64,000 nt of DNA. Origin: Mustelus asterias (lineage: Eukaryota). Made by a program: the position numbers and the translations under genes. A model generated the notes under the pieces. That model was not told the DNA's origin, ran no database searches, and saw only the letters and a list, made by a program, of their open reading frames with translations. How positions within the stretch are numbered: the first letter of the stretch is position 1; the number at the start of each line of letters is the position of its first letter. The stretch lies in contig NC_135819.1 in assembly GCF_964213995.1 (NCBI RefSeq), positions 46,934,001 to 46,998,000 of the forward strand. The letters run 5' to 3'. Shown piece after piece: positions 27,091 through 40,709 of this stretch.

Positions 27091-27669
27091 ATGACTTAAC
27101 AGCCTTGCTGAAATTAGTGCATCTGAACTGGGATGTAAATAATAGGTTGTTGTCTATTTGAATTGTCAGCAATTTTGTAACTTGCTTTACCAAAGCTATT
27201 TTTTTTTAATGAGTTTCCAGATGCATGGCGATATCACAGAAATGAGTCTAGCCAAAAGGGGACAGAAGCCCCTGAGAAAATGTCACTAAGCTGTTTTGAT
27301 ACTTATCAAATTGACCTTATAACCCCTTCCCTTTTTCAGCAGCGTAAGAAATACATCTCTTGGGTGGAGCCGTCAGTTCAGATTCTTTGGCCTCAACAGA
27401 AGTACCCGCATCCAGCATGCACCTCCCAAACTTTACTGCCTTTGGCAATAAGAGCCAAACAATAATGCTTTGTAGGAGTATGTGGGTTGCTTCGCATTGC
27501 ATTACAAATAGTCTTGTAGTAAATTATAGTAAATCTGCCAAAAGATTTCCAATCCACAAGGTTGTTATAATAGAAAATGCACAATCAATTTAGCCTATTA
27601 TTTGTTTAGAAGTAGAATAATAGAATGGTTGCAGCACAGGAGTAGAGTTAATTATAGGCCAAAAAGGTA

Positions 27670-28210
27670 AGCCTTCCCTCTCCCACCCAGAACCACAATA
27701 GGGCTCCTCTTTCCTCTGCTTCCACCCCACAAACCTCCACATTCAACAGATCATCCTCTGCCATTTCTGCCACCTACTGTGTGATGTCATCACCAAATAT
27801 ATCTTCCCTTCCGCTGGCATTCCAAACTAACCGTTCCCCGTGTGACACCCTGGTCCACTCCACACACATTTCCAGGTTAAACATATTAAGATTTACATGT
27901 ACTTCTTCAATTTAGCTTAATGTATTTGCTGCTCACAACACAGTCTGCTCTGCCTTAGAGGGACCAAACACAGACTGGATGACTGTTTTGCACAACATCT
28001 CCGTTCAGTTCACAAGCACAACCCCAAGTTTCCAGTGGCCTCGTTTCTCCACTTTCTCTCATGCTGACCTCTCTGTCCTTGGCCTACTTCAGTGATCCAA
28101 TGAAGCTCAATACAAGCTTGATGAATAGCACCTCATCTTTCGATTGGGTACTTTACAGCCTTCCAGATTCAGTACTGAGTTCAACAATTTCAGACCCTAA
28201 TAACTGCCCC
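27670..28210 (+). mobile_element. Penelope-like element GIY-YIG fragment
   Basis: Remnants of FTCTS..L..CICCSQ...GTK.RLDDCFAQHL; related pieces at 15060-15300, 56440-57070 and 63320-63725. Confidence 0.65.
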
Positions 28211-28445
28211 CTTTTGTTTTGGTCTTGCTAATTTTTTTGGCTTTTGCATTCGAGAGAGATGGTGGCAAAGTGGTCATGTTACTGGACTAGTATCCAGAGG
28301 CCCAGGCTAATGCCACGAGGAACAGGTTCAGATCCCACCACAGCAGCTGGAGGAATTTGCAATCAATTAATACTCTGGAATTAAAAGCTAGTCTCAGTAA
28401 TGGTGACGATGAAACTATTATCGAGGGAAGGAAATCTGTTTTTAA

Positions 28446-28770
28446 CACGGCAAGGTGGCAGAGTGCTTAGCATTGCTGCCTGCCTCACATTGTCAGGGGC
28501 CTGGGTTCAATTCCAGCCTTGGGTGACTGTGTGGAGTTTACACGTTCTTCCCGTGTCTGCATGGGTTTCCTCCGGGTGCTCTGGCTTCGTCCCACAATCC
28601 AAAGCTGTGCAGGTTAGGTGGATTGGCCATGATAAATTGCCCTTTAGTGTCAGGGGGATTAGCACGATAAATACATGGGGTTACTGAGATAGGGCCTGGG
28701 TGAGATTGTTGTCGGTGCAGACTCAATGAGCTGAATAGCCTCCTCCTGCACTGTAGGGATTCTATGATTA
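28446..28770 (+). mobile_element. HE1-like SINE (tail type A, CR1-like tail)
   Basis: Same head and body as the other SINEs; ends CTGCACTGTAGGGATTCTATGATT. Confidence 0.85.
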
Positions 28771-28814
28771 TTCTGCCATTCACACTTCCTCTAGACACAT
28801 TTAATTTGTCCGAT

Positions 28815-30583
28815 TAAGGATCAACAAGGTCATCTATGTGTGGATCCACAAGAGATGGGTGAGATCCTAAATGAATATTTCTCATCAGTATTCACTGTTG
28901 AGAAAAGCATGGATGTTTGGGAACTTGGGGAAATAAATAGTGATGTCTTGAGGAGTGTACACATTATAGAGAAGGAGGTGCTGGAAGTCTTAAAGTGCAT
29001 CAAGGTAGATAAATCTCCGGGATCTGATGAAGTATCCCAGGACATTGTGGGAGGCTAGGGAGGAAATTGCGGTTCCCCTAGCAGAGATATTTGAATCATC
29101 GATTGTCACAGGTGAGGTGCCTGAAGATTGGAGGGTGGCAAATGTTGTGCCTTTATTTAAGAAGGTCTGCAGGGAAAAGCCTGGGAACTACAGGCCGGTG
29201 AGCCTCACATCTGTAGTGGGTAAGTTGTTGGAAGGTATTTTGAGAGACAGGATCTACAGGCATTTAGAGACGCAAGGACTGATTAGGGACAGTCAGCATG
29301 GCTTTGTGAGTGGAAAATCATGTCTCACAAATTTGATTGAGTTGTTTGAAGGGGTAACCAAGAAGATATATGAGGGCAGTGCAGTTGATGCTGTCTACAT
29401 GGACTTTAGCAAGTTCTTTGACGAGGTACCACATGATAGGTTGTTTCATAAGGTTAAATCTCACAGGATCCAGGGTGAGGTGGCCAAATGAATACAAAAT
29501 TGGCTTGACAACAGAAGACAGAGGGTGGTGGTAGAAGGTTGTTTTTCAAACTGGAGTCCTGTGACCAGCGGTGTGCCTCAGGGATCGGTGCTGGGTTCAG
29601 TTACTTGTCATTATTTATTAATGATCTGGATGAGAACATAGGAGGCATGGTTAGTAAGTGTACAGATGACACCAAGATTGGTGGCATAGTGGACAGTGAA
29701 GAGAGGTTATCTAGCATTGCAATGGGATCTTGATCAATTGGGCCAGTGGGCTGACGAATGGCAGGTGGAATTTAATTTAGATAAATGCGAGGTGATGCAT
29801 TTTGGTAGATCAAACCAGGGCAGGACTTACTCAGTTAATGGTAGGGCATTGGGGAGAGTTATAGAACAAAGAGATCCAGGGGTACAGGTTCATAGCTCCT
29901 TGAAAGTGAAGTCACAGGTGGACAGAGTGGTGAAGAAGGCATTTGGCATGCTTGATTTCATTAGTCAGAACATTGAAAACAGGAGTTGAGACGTCTTGTT
30001 GGAGTTGTACAAGACATCGGTAAGGCCACACACGGAATAGGGTGTACAGTCCTGGTCACCCTATTATAGAAAGGATATTATTAAATTAGGAAGAGTGCAG
30101 AAAAGATTTACTAAGATGCTACCGGGACTTGATGATTTGAGTTATAGGGAGAGGCTGGGTAGACTGGGACTTTTTTCTCTGGAGCGTAGGAGGCTTAGGG
30201 GTGATCTTATAGTGGCCTATAAAATAATGAGAGGCATAGATCAGCTAGACAGTCAATATCTTTTCCCAAAGGTAGGGGAGTCTAAAATTAGAGGCCATTG
30301 GTTTAAGGTGAGAGGAGAGAGATACAAAAGTGTCCAGACGGGCAATTTTTTCACAGAGGGTGGTGAGTGTCTGGAACAAACTGCCAGAGGTAGTAGTAGA
30401 AGCGGGTACAATTTTGTCTTTTACAAAGTGTTTAGACAGTTACATGGGTAAGATGAGTATAAAGGGATATGGGCCAAACATGGGCAATTGGGACTAGCTT
30501 AGGGGTTTTTTAAAAAATGGGCGGCATGGATTAGTTGGGCCGAAGGACCTGTTTCCATGCTGTAAACCGCTATGACTCTATGA
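28815..30583 (+). mobile_element. 5'-truncated CR1-clade LINE (second subfamily), frameshifted
   Basis: RT fragments in ORFs 29027..29491, 29696..29989 and 30095..30451; CTATGACTCTATGA tail. Confidence 0.93.
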
Positions 30584-31507
30584 CCACTCCCTTTGACTGT
30601 GAGTCACCAACTCATTTGTCATTTAATGTCTCTAGTCTTCATTCCTATCAGAGACTTCTCTTCTGTTCTTTTTCCACTCTCATCCATTTCACCAGCTTAA
30701 AACCTATTACGTTTTTAAACTTTTCCCAGCTCGGAGGGAAGATTATTAACCTGAAACATTAACTCTGTTTCTCTCTCCACAGATGATGCCTGGCCTGCTG
30801 AGTATTTCCAACATTTACTGCTTTAATGCATCCTTCCACTCCTTGGTATCACGCACTCTATGATCTGCACTGCATCACCGTGTTCAATATCCCATCATCT
30901 AAATGCTATTCACACTTAAAAGTGGCGTTGATTTTCCTTTTGAGAAATGTAATTGCGTAAATTTATCAGAATCTGGCATGGTCTTTTTCAATTTCATAGT
31001 TAGGCATTTCAAGACCATTCATGTGGTATGTATATTGTATCAATTTTCATCTGTCACTGTACTGGCCACATATATATTTTACCCAACTTATTCAATTATT
31101 TTTCACCGTCTCCTCCATTTCCACTCCCTCTTCTAATATAGTATCATGAGCAAAATTAGCCACTTTCTGTTGAGTTTCAGAATCTAGGTAATTTGCACTC
31201 AGACATTTAATTACATTAAAAAGTGTTAAACAAGTTGTTGTTATTGGGTGCAACTACAAACAGTAGTGACCCAAACACAAAACCCATTCACTTTTCCACT
31301 CACTGAACATAACTGAGTATTCATTGTTTTCTACCCGTGAGCCAATTTCTTATCCGTTCTGAGGATTTACCCTGAAACCTGCAGTTCTGAGTACAACTTA
31401 CAAACTGTTCTCAGAACTTCGTTAACCTGGAGGGAAGAGAAATCTAAAACCCGAGGTTTATATAAAACTATAACTCTTATGTACAGGTGTGTATTAATAA
31501 AGTGTAC

Positions 31508-31577
31508 CTGTAATCTGGCCAACTGCGCAGTGCGAGCAACAATCTTGTTATATGGGTCAACAATTTTTCCTCTGATC
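31508..31577 (-). CDS. COG5: COG5 coding exon 5 ([23 protein letters not shown])
   Basis: CAG acceptor and CAG|GTACAC donor; 70 nt; within ORF 31367..31630. Confidence 0.95.
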
Positions 31578-32656
31578 CTGTTGGAGAGAGAAAAAAAAGA
31601 GCTGCCAAACAAGCAAATGATCAGGTTCACAGAGTTTTGTGCAGATCTGAGAATTATACATTAAGAGCTTGTTATATTCCAGAAGCTTATGCTCCAAGTA
31701 TTCGAAAAAAGATTTGATTCTATAGAGTGCAGGAAACAGAGCAAGATATGGCCATTCAGACCTTTTGGCCTCTTCCACCATTCGTTGGGCCGCATTTTGC
31801 AGTGACATTAATGGCGACGCATTCAACATTCGCCATGGCTGGATGTTGGAGAGGCCCCACAACTTCTACAGTAAACATACTGTTGTGCACAAATTCAAAA
31901 GTTACAATGGGCCAACCAATATTAATCCCAAAGGTTCACTACTTCAAACAGCAAGTATGAAATCAGTGCAAATCTGGTTTAAAGGCTCACTAATTAAAAA
32001 TTCATTATTTTAAAAATTTTAGACCTGTATTGCCAGGTGCTTCCTAAAAATCACCCTGTAACCTTCTACATTCCAGGGAATGCAAGCTTAGTTTATGCAA
32101 TCTCTCCTCAGAATTGAATCATTGGATTGTGGCACACCATTCCATTGGTTGTAATCTCCACGATAGTGACAAAAGATGATTAATGCATACTATATGCTTT
32201 GCACACCAACCTATTAGCATCACTATGTGCATCATATTTGTCTTGGTAACCAAAACAGTATCGCATAATGAGTAGCAAATCTTCAAGCTTGTCCTTTTGA
32301 GATCCTCTAAGAATTCTGAACATTCTGGGTGTTTTTTCAATTACCTGTATTTTGATCAATTACATCTAAATCTCAAATCCATTTATCTACCATTGCTCTG
32401 TATCTATTGATAGCCTTAGCAAACAATATAATCAGATACTGTGCTGCTTCTATATGCAAATCTCATGTAATGTTTCAGAATTTTCTTACTATTTTGGTCA
32501 CATGACAAAATATACAGTTTCTGATACAACACCCCTTAATGGTAAGTGCTGATGTTGGACAACTGCTTAGTGAATCACATTCAGCAAGATTTCTGGTACC
32601 ATTATTTCACAGATTCAATATTTTATGAAAGTCAAAGTGCTACGGTTGCACTATAC

Positions 32657-32711
32657 CTGTCAACAGTGCACTGTAGAGCAGCAATCCGAGTCTGCATCAT
32701 CTGAAGAACAC
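32657..32711 (-). CDS. COG5: COG5 coding exon 4 (GVLQMMQTRIAALQCTVDR)
   Basis: TAG acceptor and AG|GTATAG donor; 55 nt; matches COG5. Confidence 0.95.
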
Positions 32712-32769
32712 CTAAAATACATAAACATTTTCATTTATTCACAAGACATGTTGTTTTAAGTCCTATTAT

Positions 32770-33460
32770 TTACAGAGTAAGTCATTCAACCCTTCAAGGT
32801 TATTCAATTGGATCATGGTTGATCTTTAAATCAACTCCTCTCACACACCTATACTCCATACCCTTTAATACACTTCTCTAACAAAAATGTGATGATCTCA
32901 ATCTTGAAAACGTGAATCGATCCAGCATCCAAAGCTTCATGGGGGAGGCAGTTCAAAATTACAACTACCCTTTGTAGTGCTTACCAATTTCATTCTTAAA
33001 TAACCTAGCTATCTGCCCATTGGTCTGGATACCACCACCAAAGGAAACAGTTTCTCTGTATTTACCTTACAGAATCCTTTTCTTCTTAAAATAACACACT
33101 TCGCTCACTCCTTAACCTTCTAAGCTGAAGGGATATTAAAGCAAGTTTAGGCAAAATGTCCTACTGTAAACCTAGCATCATTCTGATAAATACATCATTC
33201 CTGAGGTTCAGTGCCCAAGACTGAAAAGTTGTCCAAAAGGCATCCGACTAAAGCTGTGTACAGCTCAAACATCATTCCTCGCCATTTGTATTCCAACCCT
33301 CTTGGGATAACGGTCAATATTCCATTAGCATTTTTTTTATTTTTTGTACTTGTGCATTAACTTTCAGGGGTGCACATGAACACTTAAATCCCTTTGTACT
33401 GCCACAGCATCTAATCTATGACCATTAAGAAAATATTCTGATGCCTTTGATGTAAATTGG
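32770..33460 (-). mobile_element. decayed CR1 3' fragment
   Basis: Reverse-strand similarity to CR1 3' ends in this window. Confidence 0.5.
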
Positions 33461-35099
33461 ATGATCTCAACCCTATAATTCAGATGGAAAACAGGTCAAA
33501 AGAAATTCATCTGTTATTACATGGACAATAAAGCTTTGTAGTGTCCATGTTTCAGGCATTCTATATAAAATAAAATTATGAACATTTAACAAAAATGGTG
33601 CAGTGGTTATTTAATATACAGATAATTAATATTACTGAAATAGGTCATTTGATCCAAGTTTGTGCCTTTACTTCCTGCATGTGGCAACTAATCTAATTCC
33701 ACAACACACCCCCATACAAGAAAATAATGTTTTTGTCAACAATCTAATTGCCTTATGAAATAAAATTATGCACTCTTTCACAACAAAATACTGTTAACTT
33801 CATTCTGTCTTCTAGGATGCTTCAGTCACCGATTAGGAAATTTACTCTACATTTATCTGTATCTACATTTGAGTGTGTAATCCTGGGACCAAGTGGAAAC
33901 ATTCTATTCTCTAATCATCAAAGTACACCATGAGAAGGGCACTCCACATTCAGGACTTTTGTCCTCCATCATCTTTAAATGTTAAATCATTTGGAAAATC
34001 ACAATGGGATGATCTAGATATGTGGGTAGTGACTCGGAAAAGTAAAAACCATAATGTCAAAAAGAAAAGCAAATTTTAGATAAACTTAATTATTGGATTT
34101 AAATTTAATTTAGTGAGGAACCCCTGAAATATTCCTACACTGAAAAAGGAATGAACAAATTTTAAAAGTCACAAAATAGACACAGCTAAGGAATTCACTA
34201 CCACCGCGTGGCTGAAAGGATTGATATAGATGCATTTAAGAGGAAGCTGGACAAGAATTTGAGGGAGAAAGTCATAGAATATTCCTTCGATAGATTTAGA
34301 TGAGGAGGATAATATGGGAGGAGATTCGAGCTCATCACATCTATTCTAATGTTGTATTTCCTGCATAAGCCTGTGCACTTTAACATATCATTCTAAAGGC
34401 AATCTTGAGCATCATTCCTTGCTATTTTCTTAAATGATTTCAGAGAAAACGTTGCATGATCCCCTCACAATTAACAAACTAATAAATGGCAAATAAACAG
34501 GTTTTTTAAAAAATACAGCTCAAGAAAGAAACAATTCAAATTACTTCATTATCTGTTAAATGTGAAATTCACTCATTGTTATGGCCACATAGTTATCACA
34601 AATCACCAATGGACACAGGTCACTTTTTATTGACCAATATATCTATCTTTTGGTCACATTTGTCAGATAAGCAATCACAATGCTTAAATAAATGAGGTGT
34701 TGTTACTATGACATCAATCAAATTAACAAGGACAAACAAAACCAATTACATTTCTGCTCTCAAATTACTTGTGCTTATGAATATAAATGCAGAACCCCAT
34801 TAAATAAACACGGAATCCTTTAAACTGGGCAGAAGATTGAGTGTAGCTAAATGAAATTGCCAAGGCGAAAGAAGATAGATTTCAGACTCACATCTTAATA
34901 CCTGCCTTTATCCTGTTACTTTGCATGATTAAATACAAGTCTGGATGACCCTTCATCAGAATTAACCATTGAAACATTAGCTCTATTCTCTCTCCACAGA
35001 TGCTGTCAGACCTGCTGAGATTTCCCAACATTTTCCGTTTTTGTTGTAGATTCCAGCATCCGCAGTAATTTGCATTTATCTTAGCCAAATAAATACTTT

Positions 35100-35660
35100 G
35101 GCTACCAGAACAAGCAGGCCAAAACAGGTAGGAATCCTGACTCCTCAATGTCTGTCCACCAACTACAAGGAGGAATACAATGGAATATTCTCCATATGCC
35201 TGGTAGAGCCAACACCAACACCCAAGAAGCTTGACACCATCCAGGACAAATCAGCCCCCTTGATTGCTACCCCTTTCACAAATATTCAATACCTTCACCA
35301 CCGATGAAAAGCAGCAGCCACGTGCACCAGCTACAAGATGTACTGCAGGCACTCACTCACTTAGGCAGCACCTCACAAACTCACTACCATCTAGAAGGAT
35401 AAGGCAGCAGATACCTGGGAATACCACCTGGAAGTTACCCTCCAATCACTCACTTGGATATATCTCGTGGTTCCGTCACTGTTGCTGGGTCAAAATCTTG
35501 GAAATCCCTCCCTAACAGCATTGTGGGTATATCTATGCCTCAGGGACTGCAGAGATTCAAGAAGGGCAGCTCATCGCCACCTTCTGAAGGCAACTCGGGA
35601 TGGGCAATTAAATGTTGGCCGAGCCAGCGATGCCCATATTCCATAAATGAATTTTTTAAA
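35100..35660 (+). mobile_element. LINE 3' fragment
   Basis: KKLDTIQDK remnant; tail shared with 26700-27090. Confidence 0.6.
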
Positions 35661-36841
35661 GATCTTTATCTGCAAAACCATCAAAATTTGACTAGTAAAC
35701 CTGATGAAACACATATGGCTATATTTTGGACAGCATTCCTTTTTTTGCACCCTCACCTTGGATCATGCCTAATTCTGGAGAACTGCTCGCTGCAATTTCT
35801 GGTTTATTGGGTTTCCTAGTTCATTGCCATTTGAGGATTCTTCCCCATTGAGGAAGGGATATCCTGACCCTTGGATCTGTACAAAGCAAGGTATGTGCTG
35901 TAGGGCCGGAATGCCAGGCAGATCGCAGCCAAGTTGGTGAGGGAAAATGGTGCATATTAGTGTCCTGCATATTCCTGTCTAGGATCCCCACACCTTCCAT
36001 GTGCTGCATCTGCTAATGTTCGATGTGCTGGAGAGCAGATGGGGGCTTAACAGCTCATCTGCACCTAGTGTGCTGGCAGAATACAGCTGCCAACTCAGGT
36101 TGGAGGCACACCTGGAGATTTGATCACATGGTGTTTAAGCACATGACATTAGACCATGTGACATCAAATCGAATGACATCTGCAAATACTACTGAATTTA
36201 TCTTACAGTGGTTGAGTCTTATAGAACTGAGAATCTTTAAATGGTTCTGATCCAACATTTGTGAGAAGGCCCAGAACCAGGAATCCACCAAGATGAAGGA
36301 TACAGAAAATGGGAAACTATTCTCGCCATGTTCTGAAACGCCATTACCCAATCTTCCTTCCCCTACACCACTCCCTGAGCCACCAAATTCCCGGTTTCCC
36401 CCTCTCCTCAGCTTTCAAGCAGCTGCGGTTTCACAGGCTCCAAAGCCAGAGGCCTTCTCTCACACATTACCATGAGCCCTTCACTAGACTGAAAATTCCA
36501 GCTTTATCCAATGTCCATAACAGAAGACAAATCAAAGAGAAATCCACTTATACCACTTAGACCTGTGATTAAACTGCGTACACATTCAATCTCAGCAACA
36601 GATGGGTTTCATTGCCAATATGCACCAAAATAATTTTTCACTTATCACCACACACTTATGTCCCCAGTGTTTTAAGTTGTGACAGTTGAAGGCTGTCCAT
36701 AGTCCATCATTTGCATGTGACCATGGTTTGAAGGTACAGATTGTGTGCGTTAGTTGGGACTGTATGAGTGTTCAATTTTTGCAGTGTCTAGTTGTACAGG
36801 TTTCACTGTATTGCAAAATTTGTTTCTATTTTAACACTTAC

Positions 36842-36899
36842 CTTCCAGTGACTCTATCCCAGTAGCTTGAGCAAGAAGATTTTCATGTCTTGCAACAAC
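36842..36899 (-). CDS. COG5: COG5 coding exon 3 (VVARHENLLAQATGIESLE)
   Basis: AG/GT boundaries, 58 nt, phase-compatible, matches COG5 peptide. Confidence 0.95.
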
Positions 36900-37084
36900 C
36901 TGAAAAACATTGGTTTTATAAGTTAATGAACATGGTATCTTGTGCAACAGGTATTCTGTACTATATGAAACTTAAATTTAATTTAACAATCTAGTTTATA
37001 AAGATCATCCCTGGACAATGAATTAAAGTGGTGCAAATAGTAGGTTGATTTTTAAGGCAGATCATTGGGATCGCGATAGTAGCC

Positions 37085-37390
37085 AACACAGTGATTAGCA
37101 CTGCTGCCTCACAGTGTCAAGGACCCAGTTTCCATTCCGGCCTTGCGTAACTGTCTGTGTGGAGTTTGCACATTCTCCGTGTGTCTGCATGGGTTTCCTC
37201 CAGATGCTTACGTTTCCTCCCATACTCCAAAAATGTGTAGGTTAGGTTGATTGGCCATGCTAAATTGCCCCTCAGTGTCATGGGAAATAGAAAGGTAAAT
37301 AAGTGGGGATAGGTCTAGGTGGGATTGCTGCTGGGGCAGATTCAATAGGCCAAATGGCCTCCTTCTGCACTGTAGCGATTCTATAATTCT
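37085..37390 (+). mobile_element. HE1-like SINE (tail type A)
   Basis: Matches 28446-28770. Confidence 0.85.
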
Positions 37391-38035
37391 AAATATACTT
37401 ATCTTTCATTGGCATAGAGCACCAGAAATTGAAAAGTAGTCATTCTCAAGCACTAACACTCACTGATTTGCATAAAACACGACCAAAATATTTTAAAATA
37501 CACGACTTCCAGATTTCATCAGAAATCACCACTTAAAAATTCCTTGTGCAAGAGGAAAGAAACAAATAAATTAAAGATTGCCTAGTCTCAAGAACCAAAG
37601 TCAGCCCTGAAGAAAGGATTCAAAATCAAATCTCTTAGTGCATCTTGTTGTGCTAAGAAAATCACCCTTGGAATTTCAGAAATAAACTCATACAACAGAA
37701 ACACTCTTACTCATGCACAATAAAATAAAGTAACTCCCTGCAAATTTGATGGATACAATTCCCAAAATAAGAGCACTGCAGGGACATGGAAAACAGTGAA
37801 ACAGGCTCTTTACTTTTTGACACTGTTGGTCCATTCTGTTGTAGATACTTAGCATGTTTGGGTAAACCATCAGTGTTATGTAAAGCTTTGACTTTTCATG
37901 GATGAGACAAGGTTAGTTCCGCTTGATGCCAGCCAAGCCAACCACTTCAGTATAATTTCTAGGAGAGTTCATTAGCTCCTTGCTTGCTTCATAAAATTCA
38001 CATATCTGGCTAGTAGCAAAACAACATTTTCTTAC

Positions 38036-38175
38036 CTGTATATGAAGTTCTTTATCCAGTTGACTAATTCCTTGAGCAAGTTTTGCCAGTTGTTCAACTA
38101 TTACTGCTTGATGAATGGATTGAGCAGTATAGGTCTTTACATCAAATTCTTCCTTCAAGAAGTCTGTATAACATT
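38036..38175 (-). CDS. COG5: COG5 coding exon 2 ([47 protein letters not shown])
   Basis: TTCAG acceptor and CAG|GTAAG donor; 140 nt; near-identical to vertebrate COG5; overlaps ORF 37913..38158. Confidence 0.96.
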
Positions 38176-39867
38176 CTGAAAAAGGTTAAGGACGTTTTGT
38201 AAATATTTCGCTGAAATAACATTATATCAAATAAAAAATGTGATATTAAAGAAAAACAAGCAAATGTTAATTTTTACCAAATGTTTTATCTTTGAATTTC
38301 TTCTTCAGCACTCCAATGAACATTTATTAAATCAATCATCATTATCTAATGATAGATAACCAGTTGATCTCCTATAACAATGCTCACAGATGGGAGGTTT
38401 CAGAATTTTAATGCAGTAGCAGTTTAAAATCATAGTAAATTTGCCAATATTGCATCACACAATAAAAAATATTCCTGACAGGTACTAACGCAAGCCTCAA
38501 ATATTTATTGTAATGTCATTTTACAATATTGTTTAAAAACCTGTTAAGTAAAGAACGTTAAAATAAACAAAATACTATGGATGCTGCAATCGCCTGTGCG
38601 CTCGTGCACGCAGTGGGGACGCATATGTCTGTGTTTGCATTGAGGCAATACATGTATGGGATATTTAAAAAGGAGGAGGGGTTAAGATGGAGGCGAAAGG
38701 TCAAAATCTAAAGTTGACAAATTCAACTTTGAGAGCTGCAGCGTGCCCAACCAAGGAGGTACGGAACTTTGTTTATTCTACTTTCTCCAAAGCCTCCCCT
38801 TTTCACTTTGTTATTTTACCTCCAACACTAGATTTGAAGTCTTAGATGGAACAACTTGCATTTATACAGTGCCTTTAAATAGTAAAACATTGCAAGGCAG
38901 TTCATAAGAGCATAGTCAGAAAAAAATTGATAGAGCCAGCAAGGAGATATTAGGGCAGATGAAGCTCAGTCAGAGAGGTAGATTTTAAGGGGCAGCTGAA
39001 AGGAGAACAGTTTGGAGAATCAGAACAGTGATAGACAAAATTCCAGGGCTGAGGATCTGCAAAGGATATGGTGTGGGGGAAGTGCACAAGGGGAACAGCT
39101 AGATTTGATCTTTCCTCACTTCTTTTCCCAAACCCTTTAGCATTTCCCCCTTCATATAATTGGAAAATATTTTTCTTCTTAGTGGATTTGTAATTCGCTT
39201 TCATTCTTCTAGCACTAAGGAATTCATCACTGTTAAACTCCAAAGTTCAACATCCTTGAAAGTAGTCATTTTCTGTGGAGTGAGTTTGATTTACAGTAGC
39301 TGTAAGCAGAGCATTAATACCAAAGAAATCTCCCTGCTGCAACCGTTCAAAGTTAATTTCCCTTAGGGACAGAAAAAAACTCAATGCAAACACTACTAAA
39401 TTACTAAACAAAAGTCTTGAGGCTAAATTACACAAAATATTAAAATGTGATTTTCTTTCTCTTGTTTAGAGATCTTGTTGCAAATGTTGTACTTGGCTCT
39501 CATGATGTAGGTTGTTTTGATGTGTGTTGGGTAGAAACAAGGTAGAGCAACAACTCCCATGATCCACCTCTCTCAACACAACCCCATTTCAGCAATGGTT
39601 GGAAATCCCTGCATCTGACCTCCAAAAAGAAGCATTGGCCTATATAAAGAAACCATTTACAAGCATTTCTATTATTAATGACGAAGGCTACGAGTAAATA
39701 TAACAAAGTGGACAGAATTACCTAACTTCGTTAAATGCTGATCACAAATATAATTTTAGCTGTGCATGCTGATCTGCTTCAAATGATGATCAAAAACACT
39801 GATGAAATTAAGCGATTATCAAATCAGTACATGATTTGCAGAAGGCTACGTTTGGACAACATTTCAA

Positions 39868-40107
39868 AAGTTTATTAGTGTTGCAAGTAGGCTTACATTA
39901 ATACTGCAATGAAGTTACCGTGAAAATCCCCTAGTCGCCACACTCCCGGCACCTGTTCGGGTACACCGAGGGAGAATTTAGCATGGAGGAAACTGGGGAA
40001 CCCGGAAAAACCCACGTATAGGGAGAGCGTGCAGACTCCACACAGACAGTGGCTCACGCCAGGAATCAAACCCAGGTCCCTGGCGCTGTGAGGCAACAGT
40101 GCCACCG
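39868..40107 (-). mobile_element. tRNA-derived SINE (tail type B), internally deleted
   Basis: Matches the 4865-5135 family. Confidence 0.85.
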
Positions 40108-40649
40108 AATGCTTTGGTGGGTCTTATCATTTGTCACTGCTTTTTGGAAATTTCCCATCTGTGCATGACTGCAAACGAGCTTCTGAGATAGTTCTGTGGG
40201 TTAATTCAGCCAAGCAGAACGATCTGTGGTGGTTATTTAAACTGATGAATGTCTGGCCTTCGTGTCCACAGTATCATTGACGATGCAGATTGGGTTGCAA
40301 AACTTTTCATTATGGTTGGGGGGGGGGGGGGGGGGTTCCTCTTACAATAAACTCCAACAAGGACCAATCCCATCCGATTAACACATAATCGATTCTATTT
40401 GTTTTCATTTCTCCGCTTCCTCCCTTTAATAATTCATAATGTGCACAGCAAAGTACGGTCACAAGAATGAGTGCAATCAAAAGCACTGGAGCTTGTGGAA
40501 AAGAGCAGCTGAAAAAACAGAGTAAGCTGGGGGCCTTGCTCTTTGAGGAGTTGATATGTTGGGGTGACATTGTCCACTCCCCACAACAACGTGTTTGGGT
40601 CAGCGGGTTGGGGGGGGGGGGCGGTGGTGGTGGTAAGCAGCACCCTTAC

Positions 40650-40707
40650 CATCCAGGAGTAATTCCTTCACCGAGTCTCGCAGCCGACCACCTCCACTTC
40701 CTTCCAT
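40650..40707 (-). CDS. COG5: COG5 coding exon 1 (MEGSGGGRLRDSVKELLLD)
   Basis: ATG at 40707 in strong Kozak context (GCCAACATGG); G|GTAAG donor; 58 nt; peptide resembles the COG5 N-terminus (MEGG...VRELLQD) and is in phase with exon 2. Confidence 0.9.
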
Positions 40708-40709
40708 GT

